From NCBI GenBank assembly GCA_964631515.1, contig CAZVZT010000001.1, forward strand, positions 1-35,149: a stretch of 35,149 nt of DNA, in the 5' to 3' direction. A program made the translations under genes and the position numbers. The stretch comes from an uncultured Nitrospinaceae bacterium (GTDB lineage: Bacteria; Nitrospinota; Nitrospinia; Nitrospinales; VA-1). Positions 16,370 to 26,453 of this stretch are shown piece by piece. Every line of letters starts with the position of its first letter. The first letter of the stretch is position 1. The notes beneath the pieces were generated by a model that worked only from the letters and a program-made list of their open reading frames with translations, did no database searches and was not told where the DNA came from.

Positions 16370-17227
16370 GTGAAAAAAAGAAAGACTGCGCTAAGCAGAG
16401 CCCCTGGTAAACCCAGAAAATCGCCCCGGGACAAACGGGCAGGTCGGCCTACCCTGTGGGATCAGGCTTCCCGATGGTACGACTCTCTAGTTGGGACAGG
16501 TGGCTCTGATTACCACCGAAACATCCTCATGCCTGGAGCATTTCGTTTACTCGATGTGAAACCGGGGAGACGTATTCTCGATCTAGCCTGTGGGCAGGGA
16601 GTATTTTCGCGGTTCCTTCTGCAGAAGAAAATGAAACCCGAAGGGGTTGACTCATCGGAGGAACTCCTCCGCTTTGCCCGTTCCCGTTCGAAAGAGTCAA
16701 TTCGCTACCACGTGGGTGATGCAGCTGACCCCGGCTTGCTCAAGGGCCGCCGGTTTGATGGCATCGTCTGCCTGCTTGCGGCGCAGAATATGGAATCGAT
16801 CGAACCGGTGTTGCGAAACGTTTCTCGATGGTTGAAACCGGGGGGGAAGTTTGTCATGGTCATCACTCACCCCTGCTTCCGCATTCCTCGGCAGGCGCAC
16901 TGGGGATGGGACGAGGAAAAAAAAACCGGGTACCGGCGGGTGGATCGGTACGCAGGCGAAATGAAAATCCCCATCGTCACGCCGCCCTTTGTAGATCCGA
17001 ACGACTACACCCTGACCTACCACCGTCCCCTGCAAAGCTATTTCGAGGCTCTGTTGAAGGCCGGTTTGTGTGTCGACCTCCTGGAAGAATGGGTGTCTGA
17101 CAAAGAGAGCAACCCAGGCAAGCGATCGCGTGGAGAAAACCGAGCCCGCAAGGAGATTCCCCTGTTCATGGCGATCCGGGCCGTGCCCCTTGCCGCAACC
17201 TCTTCGGAACTCAGGAAAGGTCAATAA
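16370..17227 (+). CDS. Class I SAM-dependent methyltransferase
   Basis: 285 aa with motif I ILDLACGQGVFSR. GTG is the only available start. The first 28 aa form a lysine/arginine-rich extension. Confidence 0.8.
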   Translation: MKKRKTALSRAPGKPRKSPRDKRAGRPTLWDQASRWYDSLVGTGGSDYHRNILMPGAFRLLDVKPGRRILDLACGQGVFSRFLLQKKMKPEGVDSSEELLRFARSRSKESIRYHVGDAADPGLLKGRRFDGIVCLLAAQNMESIEPVLRNVSRWLKPGGKFVMVITHPCFRIPRQAHWGWDEEKKTGYRRVDRYAGEMKIPIVTPPFVDPNDYTLTYHRPLQSYFEALLKAGLCVDLLEEWVSDKESNPGKRSRGENRARKEIPLFMAIRAVPLAATSSELRKGQ

Positions 17228-17270
17228 CCCAACGCCGAGCCACACCTACGAGCATTGGCGAAAACTCGGA

Positions 17271-17295
17271 CGAGCACTCCCTCTGTTCGTGCCCG
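17271..17295 (-). terminator. Weak candidate terminator for the minus-strand tgt / small-ORF transcript
   Basis: On the minus strand cgggcac pairs with gtgctcg (7 bp including one G-U) around an 11-nt loop. A TTTT run follows only after a 6-nt gap. Confidence 0.2.
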
Positions 17296-17343
17296 GGTAT
17301 GGTCTTCACCTCGTGAAATTGGTCCACCCTTACCTTTGAATTT

Positions 17344-17439
17344 TCAGGTGTGGAAGATATTATTTCCTTCAAATAACTCGAGACCATAAACCACAACCGC
17401 AAACAGTACGACGACTATTCCCATCCAGTCCCAACCCAT
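17344..17439 (-). CDS. Candidate 31-aa small membrane peptide
   Basis: Not in the ORF track because it is too short. It translates as MGWDWMGIVVVLFAVVVYGLELFEGNNIFHT. GGGAGGG sits 7 nt upstream of this ATG. An in-frame ATG 2 codons upstream (17445) is too close to the SD. It has a single hydrophobic helix. Confidence 0.4.
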   Translation of the reverse strand: MGWDWMGIVVVLFAVVVYGLELFEGNNIFHT

Positions 17440-17585
17440 TGTCATCCCTCCCTTCGGAACTTAACCAGAGGTCATTAAAACTAATTGGTTACAGAACTTC
17501 CGTGGGCCTATAAAAAAAACAAGGTCCTAAGGGTAAGGTAGTGCCGTTCCATGAAAAATGCAACCTTACCGAGCGAGGAGAAGGT

Positions 17586-18686
<1,101 letters not shown>

Positions 18687-18741
18687 CTAGTTTTCGGGGG
18701 GAGGAAGGAGTTTTGGTCAAGATCTATCATTGTTTGTTTGG

Positions 18742-19638
18742 CTACAGCAATGTTTCGAGGAGGGCTTTTTGGAGGTGAAGACGATTTTCTGCCTGATCGA
18801 AGACGATTGAGTGCTTGCCGTCCATGACTTCGGAGGTGATTTCCATTTCCCGGTGGGCAGGGAGGCAGTGCATTACCAGGACATCTTTTTTAGCCGACTC
18901 CACGAGTTTGCGGTTGATCTGGTAAGGTTTCAGTGCCGATTCTTTTTGATCTTCTTTTTCCTCCTGTCCCATGCTGACCCAGACGTCGGTGTAGATAATA
19001 TCGGCGTCTTTTACGGCAGCATGAGGGTCTTCTAGGATTTCGATTGAACCACTATGATCAATACCCTCGGGTATCTTTGGTTTGCAGGAAGAAGGGCATC
19101 CAACTGTAAGGTGGATGCCAAACATAGAGGCGGCAGTCATCCAGGAATAGGTGACATTATTGCCGTCACCGACGTATGCGACCTTGACGCCATCGACTTT
19201 TCCCAGCTTTTCTTGGATCGTAAAAATATCTGACAGCACCTGTACCGGATGGTTGAGGTCAGTCAGTCCATTGATCACCGGAATGCTCGCGTGCTTGGCC
19301 AATCCAGCCACATCCTCGAAATCGTAAGTCCGAATCAGAATACCATGCAGATAGCGGGAGAGAACCCGTGCCGAATCAGCGATTGTTTCTCCGCGACCCA
19401 GCTGCAATTGGTCACCCGTTAGAAAGAGGGAATGTCCCCCCAACTCGAACATGGCGACTTCAAAGGAAATACGGGTGCGGGTAGACTGTTTACTAAAAAT
19501 CATTCCCAGAGATTTTCCCTTGAGCGGCTGATGCGAAACGCCGTTCTTCCTCTTTTTCTTAAGGTCTGCCGCCTTCCGAAGCATTTTTAAAGCCTCATCT
19601 CGGGTTAGGTCACTGAGTTTTAGAAAATCTTTTTTCAT
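18742..19638 (-). CDS. argF: Ornithine carbamoyltransferase
   Basis: 298 aa with STRTR, HPVQ, DVWVSMGQE and HCLPA motifs. Adjacent to argD. Confidence 0.9.
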   Translation of the reverse strand: MKKDFLKLSDLTRDEALKMLRKAADLKKKRKNGVSHQPLKGKSLGMIFSKQSTRTRISFEVAMFELGGHSLFLTGDQLQLGRGETIADSARVLSRYLHGILIRTYDFEDVAGLAKHASIPVINGLTDLNHPVQVLSDIFTIQEKLGKVDGVKVAYVGDGNNVTYSWMTAASMFGIHLTVGCPSSCKPKIPEGIDHSGSIEILEDPHAAVKDADIIYTDVWVSMGQEEKEDQKESALKPYQINRKLVESAKKDVLVMHCLPAHREMEITSEVMDGKHSIVFDQAENRLHLQKALLETLL

Positions 19639-19663
19639 GAAGGAAAAACTCCTTGATCACCAG

Positions 19664-20863
19664 TCACTTCTTAAGTTTAGTCAGGCTTTTGGAGAGCGCC
19701 TTAATTAGCCGTTCGATCTCTTTTTGAGTAACGGTAAGCGGTGGTAGAAACCGGAGCACATTCTGTTGAATACAATTGATCAGAAATCCTTGCTGCATGC
19801 AGTCGGTTACCACATCCATGCCGGGCCGATCAAGTTCCAGGGCAAGCATCATTCCTGCGCCTCGGACTTCTCGAATAATGGGAAAACTTTCTGCCAGTTG
19901 CTCGAGTTGCGAACGAAAATAAACTCCCATGTTCTCGGATTTTTCAAGAAATTTTTTTTTCGTTAGAACTTTTAGGGAAGCCAACGCAGCGGCGCAGGCA
20001 AGGGGATTGCCACCAAAGGTAGCTGCATGGGTGCCAGGAACGAACGATTTGATAACCCGATTGGTAGCGCCTAGTGCGCCAATCGCCACTCCTGCGCCGA
20101 GCGCCTTGGCTAGGGTGATGATATCCGGTTTTACCTTATATCGCTCGTAAGCAAACAATGGGCCCGTACGCCCGAATCCGGTTTGTACTTCGTCGAAGAT
20201 CAAAAGAATTTTGTTTTCGTTGCAAAGTTTACGCAGTGTCTTGAGATAAACTTTGTCCGCTAGGTTGACTCCGCCTTCCCCCTGGATGGGTTCGACCATA
20301 ACGGCGCAGGTTTTTTTCGTAATGGCCTTCTTCACCGCTGCAATGTTATTGAAAGGAACATACTTGAACCCGGGAAGCAATGGATCGAACCCCGCGTGAA
20401 ACCTCGTCTGCGCCGTGGCGGAGAGCGATGCCATGGTTCGCCCGTGAAATGAATTTTTCATGGTGATGATCTCATGGCAGCCGGGTTGGCCCTTATCATC
20501 GAACCAGCGCCGTGCCAGTTTGATCGCAGCTTCGTTCGCTTCAGTCCCGCTGTTGCAGAAAAAGAACTTGTCGGCGAAACTAAGACGCGTGAGTTCGGCC
20601 GCAAGTTGCGATTGTGGTTCGATGTGGTAAAGATTTGACACGTGGATCAACTTGCCCGCCTGTTTACGGATGGCGCTCACTACCCCCGGAGGGCAGTGCC
20701 CCAGGTTGTCCACTGCGAGCCCGGTGACGAAGTCGAGGTATTTTTTTCCCGATGCGTCCCAGACTGCCGAGCCTTTTCCCCGGACCAGTGCGATGGGATG
20801 GCGTCCATAGGTTTGAGCGACGTGCCGGTCGGTGAGTTTGACAATATCCCGATTCGATTTCAT
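19664..20863 (-). CDS. argD: Acetylornithine aminotransferase (class III PLP aminotransferase)
   Basis: 399 aa with motifs FCNSGTEANE, DEVQTGFGRTG and TLAKALG. Arg-pathway neighbour. Confidence 0.85.
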   Translation of the reverse strand: MKSNRDIVKLTDRHVAQTYGRHPIALVRGKGSAVWDASGKKYLDFVTGLAVDNLGHCPPGVVSAIRKQAGKLIHVSNLYHIEPQSQLAAELTRLSFADKFFFCNSGTEANEAAIKLARRWFDDKGQPGCHEIITMKNSFHGRTMASLSATAQTRFHAGFDPLLPGFKYVPFNNIAAVKKAITKKTCAVMVEPIQGEGGVNLADKVYLKTLRKLCNENKILLIFDEVQTGFGRTGPLFAYERYKVKPDIITLAKALGAGVAIGALGATNRVIKSFVPGTHAATFGGNPLACAAALASLKVLTKKKFLEKSENMGVYFRSQLEQLAESFPIIREVRGAGMMLALELDRPGMDVVTDCMQQGFLINCIQQNVLRFLPPLTVTQKEIERLIKALSKSLTKLKK

Positions 20864-21084
20864 GGGCTTTTTACATCCTCCGCCGATTGCGTGGCGGATC
20901 CTCTTTTGTGATTGAAATTGTTAACTTTATCATAAATTAGAGGTGGAGGACATACGAAAAACCGGCAGGAATATGGCGGGTGGTGTGCTCACCACAGAGT
21001 GGATGATGAGCGAAGTATCGGGAGTCTCGAGGTGTGGCGGAGTGAAAAAAATAATGTTTCTTTGCCCCGCGCGTGAAGGATTCG

Positions 21085-22410
21085 TTACCCCAGTCCCTCG
21101 GCGACCAGCCACCAAGACAGAATGCTGGCCGCGTAGCCGACGGCGATGACGGGAGCCCATTTGAGGTGCGACATGAAAGTATAGTGCTCTCGGTCGACCC
21201 CCATCACGGCCACGCCGGCGGCCGACCCTACGGACAGTAGACTACCGCCGGTTCCAGTAGTCAGTGTGATCAGCAACCACTGGTCCAGTTCCATTGCGGG
21301 ATCCATCTTGAGTACCGCGTACATGACCGGAATATTGTCCACTATGGCAGATAGGACTCCAACGATGATGTTGGAGACGGTTGGGCCGTACGTGCCGTAA
21401 AGTTCTTGGCTGACCATGGCTAGGTATCCAATGTACTGAAGCGCCCCCACGGCTGTAAGAACGCCGAAGAAGAACAAAAGGGTATCGAACTCAACGCCTT
21501 CTACTTTCTTAAAAATATCGAATTGTGAATATTTATTTGGGGTTCGCTTGGTGCCCACCGGCAAAAAAAGACTGCTATCTCCCCACCTTTTCAAATAGAA
21601 GCCTTCTATCATCAGGAGCCCCAGTCCCAGCATCATGCCCATGAACGGAGGGAGGTGAAGGAACTGATGAAAACTGACAGCGGTGGCAATTGTGAAAATA
21701 CCAAGCGCGATGATGGTCTTGGCGCCGGGTTTGAGCTTGATGTTGTTTTTCCCCATCTCGGGGTACTCGTCGGGAATGAAGGGATACATGATCAATGCCG
21801 GGACGATCCAGTTGACGATAGAGGGAATCACCAGGTAGGCGAATTGCATGGTCTCGACTTTTTCTGCGGTCCATACCATTAGCGTGGTGATATCACCAAA
21901 CGGACTCCATGCACCCCCGGCATTGGCGGCGACTACGATATTAACGAACGCTGGAACAATAAACCGTGCGTTTCCGTTGCTGACTGCCAGCGCGACAGTG
22001 GACATGAGCAGGGCGCTCGTCAGGTTATCGGCTAAGGGCGAAAGAAAGAACGTGATGAGCCCGGTTGTCCAGAACAGCTTGCGGAACCCGAGTCCCTTAC
22101 GCAACAGCCAGGCGCGGAGAACCTGAAACACGTTGCGTTCGTCAAGCGCATTGATATAAGTCATCGCCACTAGGAGAAAAAAGAATAGCTCTCCAATTTC
22201 GGCGATCAGTTCCTTGACGTGATCGTGAGCATGACCTCCGCCATGTTGCGCTTCATAAATCCCAATGATTCCCCACATGATGCACCCGACCAAAACGACC
22301 GGTTTCGACTTGCGCATATGGATTTTCTCTTCAAAAATAACCAGGATATAGGCGAGGAGAAAACAGACCAGGGAGAGTTGACCCGCCCAAGTATTGATAA
22401 GGTTTCCCAT
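21085..22410 (-). CDS. nhaD: NhaD-family Na+/H+ antiporter
   Basis: 441 aa, polytopic. The motif ANAGGAWSPFGDITTLMVW is characteristic of NhaD-type transporters. Confidence 0.75.
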   Translation of the reverse strand: MGNLINTWAGQLSLVCFLLAYILVIFEEKIHMRKSKPVVLVGCIMWGIIGIYEAQHGGGHAHDHVKELIAEIGELFFFLLVAMTYINALDERNVFQVLRAWLLRKGLGFRKLFWTTGLITFFLSPLADNLTSALLMSTVALAVSNGNARFIVPAFVNIVVAANAGGAWSPFGDITTLMVWTAEKVETMQFAYLVIPSIVNWIVPALIMYPFIPDEYPEMGKNNIKLKPGAKTIIALGIFTIATAVSFHQFLHLPPFMGMMLGLGLLMIEGFYLKRWGDSSLFLPVGTKRTPNKYSQFDIFKKVEGVEFDTLLFFFGVLTAVGALQYIGYLAMVSQELYGTYGPTVSNIIVGVLSAIVDNIPVMYAVLKMDPAMELDQWLLITLTTGTGGSLLSVGSAAGVAVMGVDREHYTFMSHLKWAPVIAVGYAASILSWWLVAEGLG

Positions 22411-22460
22411 AAAGTAGGAGCCTAGCTAGGCTAATGAAAGATTTCTTGATTAAGAGGCGC

Positions 22461-22504
22461 TATCAACGTCTGCCTTCTGAAGTTGATATCTTACTTGTTG
22501 ATAT
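22461..22504. promoter_or_regulatory. Operator-like repeat set (GTTGATAT motif) in the nhaD / ispA divergent region
   Basis: TATCAAC (22461-22467) is the inverted partner of GTTGATAT (22482-22489), with a 14-bp spacer. A second GTTGATAT at 22497-22504 gives direct copies 15 bp apart. Confidence 0.35.
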
Positions 22505-22738
22505 TCTCTAACTTGTGGAAATTGCAAACGTGACCAGAGATGATAAACGCGGAACCGGCAAAAGGAAAGGATTATCGAAAGTTGCTGGAAATCAACTCGG
22601 AGTTGAGCAAAAAAATATTTTTTAGATGTCTGATAGAAGCTCTTGGCGGTGAGACACGCCCGTCGTTCCCAGCGGGGTTTTGATGTTTAATAATTTTAAA
22701 AACAATAGGTTATGCGGATTTTACTTCTTTAAATAAAG

Positions 22739-22766
22739 TTGACTGGGGGGCTAGGTGTGATACCAT
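22739..22766 (+). promoter_or_regulatory. Candidate promoter for ispA-dxs
   Basis: TTGACT (22739-22744), 16-nt spacer, TACCAT (22761-22766). By-eye match only. Confidence 0.25.
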
Positions 22767-22817
22767 CTGAGCGATATACCGGAGAATTGTTATTAACTCA
22801 TTGATTTTTAATTAGTT

Positions 22818-23708
22818 TTGTCGGCCGTTCAATATCTTTCTGAAGGCAGGGAGTTCATCGATGCAGCAATCTGCCGATACTTGCCGGAGGAGACCAGTTA
22901 TCCGGAAAGTATCCATAAGTCGATGCTCTACAGCGTGCTTGCCGGCGGCAAGAGGTTGCGGCCCGTTCTTGTCATTGCGGCAGCCGAAGCGGTTGGAGGA
23001 GACCGACAGCATGTTCTGCCCTTTTCCGTTGCCACGGAATTCGTTCACACCTATACACTGATTCATGACGACCTCCCCGCGTTGGATAACGACGATCTGA
23101 GGCGGGGAAAGCCAACGAACCACAAAGTATTCGGCGAAGCTATCGCTATCCTGACGGGGGATGCCCTGCTCACCCAGGCGTTTTACCTGATGACCCATAC
23201 CGGGTTGATGGGCTCCGTTCCGGAGAAGTGCCTCCTCAGGGCCGCCCATGATATGACACGTGCCTTGGGGACTTCGGGGATGATCGGGGGGCAGGTGGTG
23301 GACATCGAGTCGGAGGGAAAACCGGTCGATGCGGAAACCCTCGAATATATCCATGCCCATAAAACGGGCCAGCTCATTCAGGCCTGTATCCGAGGTGGAG
23401 CCATTTTGAGTCAGGCCACTTCGGCCCAGTTGAGTGCCCTGTCCACCTACGGAGCCCACATTGGTTTGGCTTTTCAAATCATCGATGATATTCTTGATCT
23501 TACAGCCGACGAAAGTCAGTTAGGAAAAGACGTCGGCAGCGACCTAGACAAGGAGAAGGCCACCTATCCGGCTCTCTATGGTTTAGGGGATTCGAAGAAG
23601 AAGGCCGAACAACTGGTGGAAGAGGGCATCGACTGTCTGGAGATTTTTGACGAACGAGCTGATCCTCTAAGAGAAATCGGACGCTTCTTCGTTCAGCGTA
23701 CGTTTTAG
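22818..23708 (+). CDS. ispA: Polyprenyl (farnesyl/geranylgeranyl) diphosphate synthase
   Basis: 296 aa. The first Asp-rich motif is DDLPALDNDDLRRG and the second is DDILD. TTG is the only in-frame start after the upstream stop at 22809. Confidence 0.9.
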   Translation: MSAVQYLSEGREFIDAAICRYLPEETSYPESIHKSMLYSVLAGGKRLRPVLVIAAAEAVGGDRQHVLPFSVATEFVHTYTLIHDDLPALDNDDLRRGKPTNHKVFGEAIAILTGDALLTQAFYLMTHTGLMGSVPEKCLLRAAHDMTRALGTSGMIGGQVVDIESEGKPVDAETLEYIHAHKTGQLIQACIRGGAILSQATSAQLSALSTYGAHIGLAFQIIDDILDLTADESQLGKDVGSDLDKEKATYPALYGLGDSKKKAEQLVEEGIDCLEIFDERADPLREIGRFFVQRTF

Positions 23709-23863
23709 AGGGAGTTCTCTGATCCCTTATGAATCAGGAACTGAGATTCTTCGTTATGCCGAACGGTGTTTGGTTAAAATGCGCGTTACAAAGAACTAGA
23801 AGTTCTTTAAGAGCAGGGTTTGTAGATTGTTAGGTCCATCGAATACTTTAATTGGGTAGCCGC

Positions 23864-25873
23864 ATGAGTAAGATCTTAGATCGCATCCAAAGCCCCGCTG
23901 ATTTAAAGAAAGTTCCGCGAGAGAGTCTGCCTCAACTCGCCGGCGAAATTCGCGACACGCTCCTTCAAACCATCTCTAAGACAGGTGGTCACCTGGGGTC
24001 CAACCTGGGTGTCGTTGAGTTGACGATGGCTCTGCATTATGTTTTCGACAGCCCCAAGGATAAGTTTATATGGGACGTCGGGCACCAGTCTTACGTGCAC
24101 AAACTACTGACTGGACGTAAAGACCGATTCGATAGCCTCCGTCAATACGGGGGCCTCTGTGGTTTTGCCAAGCGCGAGGAGAGTGATCACGACCACTGGA
24201 ACGTCGGACATGGGGGCACCTCCATCTCCGCCGCGTTGGGCTATGCCAAAGCGCGGGACCTGAAACAAGAAGAAAATGCAGTCATCGCCGTCATAGGGGA
24301 CGGGTCGCTCACGGCGGGTATGGCGCTTGAAGGATTAAACCATGCCGGGCACCTGATGATGGATATGGTTGTGGTTCTTAACGACAATGAAATGTCAATC
24401 TCGACCAATGTCGGTGGCATGTCGGCGCACCTGAGCAAGATCATGACCGGGCAGGTCATGACCAAGTTCAAGCAGGAAGTTGACCAGATGCTCCTCGCCG
24501 TTCCCGGAATTGGTCAGGATATTTCCCGGTATGCCCACCGTGTCGATGAAGCAATCAAAGGCGTTTTCATCCCAGGACGCTTGTTCGAGGACCTCGGTCT
24601 CCGCTATATCGGTCCGGTGGACGGGCATGATACCGAACAGTTGATCGATACCCTCGCCGGTATTCGTAAACTCAAGGGACCTACCCTCGTTCATGTGATC
24701 ACGCGCAAGGGAAAAGGGTACGAGCTAGCGGAAGAGAAGGCCGACGTCTGGCACGGAGCTAGTCCTTTCGATATCGCCACTGGAGAGTTTGTCTCTAGCG
24801 GCAAGAAATCCAATCCGGCTTACACGGCCGTGTTTGCTGAAACCCTGATTGAACTAGCTAAAACGGATGAAAAGATCCTTGGTATTACCGCTGCAATGCC
24901 CGATGGTACGGGAATCAGCAAGTTCGGGAAGGTATTTCCCAAACGTACTTTCGATGTGGGCATGGCGGAACAGCATGCGGTGGGCTATGCTGGCGCCCTT
25001 TCTATAGGAGGGTTCCGTCCAGTACTTGCTATCTACTCCACGTTTCTGCAGCGGGCTTACGATCAGGTAGCTCACGATATCTGCCTGATGAACCTGGACG
25101 TCACCTTTGCCATGGATCGAGCTGGAATCGTAGGCGAAGATGGTGCGACCCACCAGGGAATGTTCGATATTGCCTACCTGCGCGCGTTGCCCAATATGGT
25201 GGTCATGGCGCCTAAGGATGAAAACGAACTGCGTCATATGCTGAAAACTGCCGTCTACCATAAAGGTCCAGCGGCAGTGCGATACCCCAGGGGATCGGGA
25301 CTGGGTGTGCCGATGGATGAAGAGATAAAGGAACTCGAAATTGGAAAAGGCGAAGTGCTGCAGGATGGCACCGATTTGGCTATTTTTGCGTACGGCCACA
25401 TGGTTGATCCCTCAATGAAGGCTGCGGCCCTGCTTGAAGAAAAAGGGCTCAGCGTTGCTGTCATCAACGCCCGGTTCGCCAAACCCATTGACCAGGACCT
25501 CGTGCTGGAATATGCTCGTAAGACTGGTTGCATCGTGACCACCGAAGAGCATTCAGTGCAAGGGGGATTTGGTTCTGCCGTGCTGGAATGTCTTCAGGAA
25601 ATAAACGGGAGCGTTCCCCCGCGAGTAAAATGTATCGGGGTGGGAGACGCGGCGGTCGAGCATGGCGCTTCTAAAATCTTGAGGAAAGATATCAAGCTCG
25701 ACCCTGAAGGCATGTTCGAAACAATATTTTCTTTTTACAACTCTGTACTGGATTCGTCCAGAAATGATAATTCTCAGGGCAACGGAGCTAAGGGCTCTTC
25801 TGGAAACGGTAAAGAAGAGCACCCGATTGTAACGGATGCACCTCGCAAGATTAAGCAACCTGTCAATGAGTAG
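23864..25873 (+). CDS. dxs: 1-deoxy-D-xylulose-5-phosphate synthase
   Basis: Motifs GGHLGSNLG, GDGSLTAGMALEGLN and the transketolase-like middle and C-terminal domains. The track TTG 23852 was trimmed to ATG 23864 (MSKILDRI). There is a roughly 41-aa low-complexity C-terminal tail. Confidence 0.95.
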   Translation: MSKILDRIQSPADLKKVPRESLPQLAGEIRDTLLQTISKTGGHLGSNLGVVELTMALHYVFDSPKDKFIWDVGHQSYVHKLLTGRKDRFDSLRQYGGLCGFAKREESDHDHWNVGHGGTSISAALGYAKARDLKQEENAVIAVIGDGSLTAGMALEGLNHAGHLMMDMVVVLNDNEMSISTNVGGMSAHLSKIMTGQVMTKFKQEVDQMLLAVPGIGQDISRYAHRVDEAIKGVFIPGRLFEDLGLRYIGPVDGHDTEQLIDTLAGIRKLKGPTLVHVITRKGKGYELAEEKADVWHGASPFDIATGEFVSSGKKSNPAYTAVFAETLIELAKTDEKILGITAAMPDGTGISKFGKVFPKRTFDVGMAEQHAVGYAGALSIGGFRPVLAIYSTFLQRAYDQVAHDICLMNLDVTFAMDRAGIVGEDGATHQGMFDIAYLRALPNMVVMAPKDENELRHMLKTAVYHKGPAAVRYPRGSGLGVPMDEEIKELEIGKGEVLQDGTDLAIFAYGHMVDPSMKAAALLEEKGLSVAVINARFAKPIDQDLVLEYARKTGCIVTTEEHSVQGGFGSAVLECLQEINGSVPPRVKCIGVGDAAVEHGASKILRKDIKLDPEGMFETIFSFYNSVLDSSRNDNSQGNGAKGSSGNGKEEHPIVTDAPRKIKQPVNE

Positions 25874-26453
25874 AGCCTCTCAAGTCAAGCGAACAACCAA
25901 CGAAACTGAAATCGAAGCCCGCGTCAACCTAGATGGTCAAGGGAAACACACCATCGATACCACGATTCCCTTTCTCGACCACATGCTTTCTCAGTTGTCC
26001 CGGCACGGGTATTTCGATATCCAAGTTAAGGCCAAGGGGGACACCCATATCGACTTTCATCATACGGTTGAAGATACCGGCATCGTTCTCGGCCAGGCGT
26101 TCGGCGAAGCCTTGGGAGATAAAAAAGGAATCCAGCGCTTTGCCGACACCCACGCTCCACTCAACGAAGCGCTAGCCCAGTGTGTTCTTGATATCAGTGG
26201 ACGCGGATTCTTCGTATTAAATACGCAACTCCCCAAGGCAAAAATTGGCGATTTCGATGCCGAGCTCATTCCGGAATTTTTTCAAGCCTTTGCCAATAAC
26301 GCCGGGATCACCCTGCACCTGAGTTGTCCTTACGGGGACAATCTCCACCACATTGTTGAGGCTTTGTTCAAGTCTTTCGCTCGCGCTCTCGACCAAGCCT
26401 GTACTCTCGATACGCGGACTAACCAGGTTCCGTCGACCAAGGGAAAGTTATAA
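25866..26453 (+). CDS. hisB: Imidazoleglycerol-phosphate dehydratase
   Basis: 195 aa with RTTNETEI and IDFHHTVEDTGI motifs. ATG 25866 overlaps the dxs stop by 8 nt; the track start at 25836 was rejected. Confidence 0.9.
   Translation: MSRASQVKRTTNETEIEARVNLDGQGKHTIDTTIPFLDHMLSQLSRHGYFDIQVKAKGDTHIDFHHTVEDTGIVLGQAFGEALGDKKGIQRFADTHAPLNEALAQCVLDISGRGFFVLNTQLPKAKIGDFDAELIPEFFQAFANNAGITLHLSCPYGDNLHHIVEALFKSFARALDQACTLDTRTNQVPSTKGKL

Noticed and set aside
17521-17569. 8-bp inverted repeat ggtaaggt / accttacc downstream of tgt, with a T8 run on the minus strand (17511-17518).
   Set aside because: The loop is 23 nt and the T-run is separated from the stem by 12 nt, so it does not fit an intrinsic terminator. 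No other role can be argued from sequence alone.
20864-21084. ArgR (ARG box) operator upstream of argD, and small ORFs 20930-21160(-) and 20943-21149(+).
   Set aside because: The AT-rich segment around the GTTAAC palindrome matches the ARG-box consensus at too few positions. The two ORFs overlap each other on opposite strands in a promoter region and have low-complexity translations.
22540-22683. 47-aa ORF (MINAEPAKGKDYRKLLEINSELSKK...) upstream of ispA, considered as a possible xseB by analogy with the xseB-ispA-dxs arrangement.
   Set aside because: The sequence does not resemble the XseB helical-hairpin pattern, there is no convincing Shine-Dalgarno, and it lies 135 nt from ispA. It is kept only as an unsupported small ORF.
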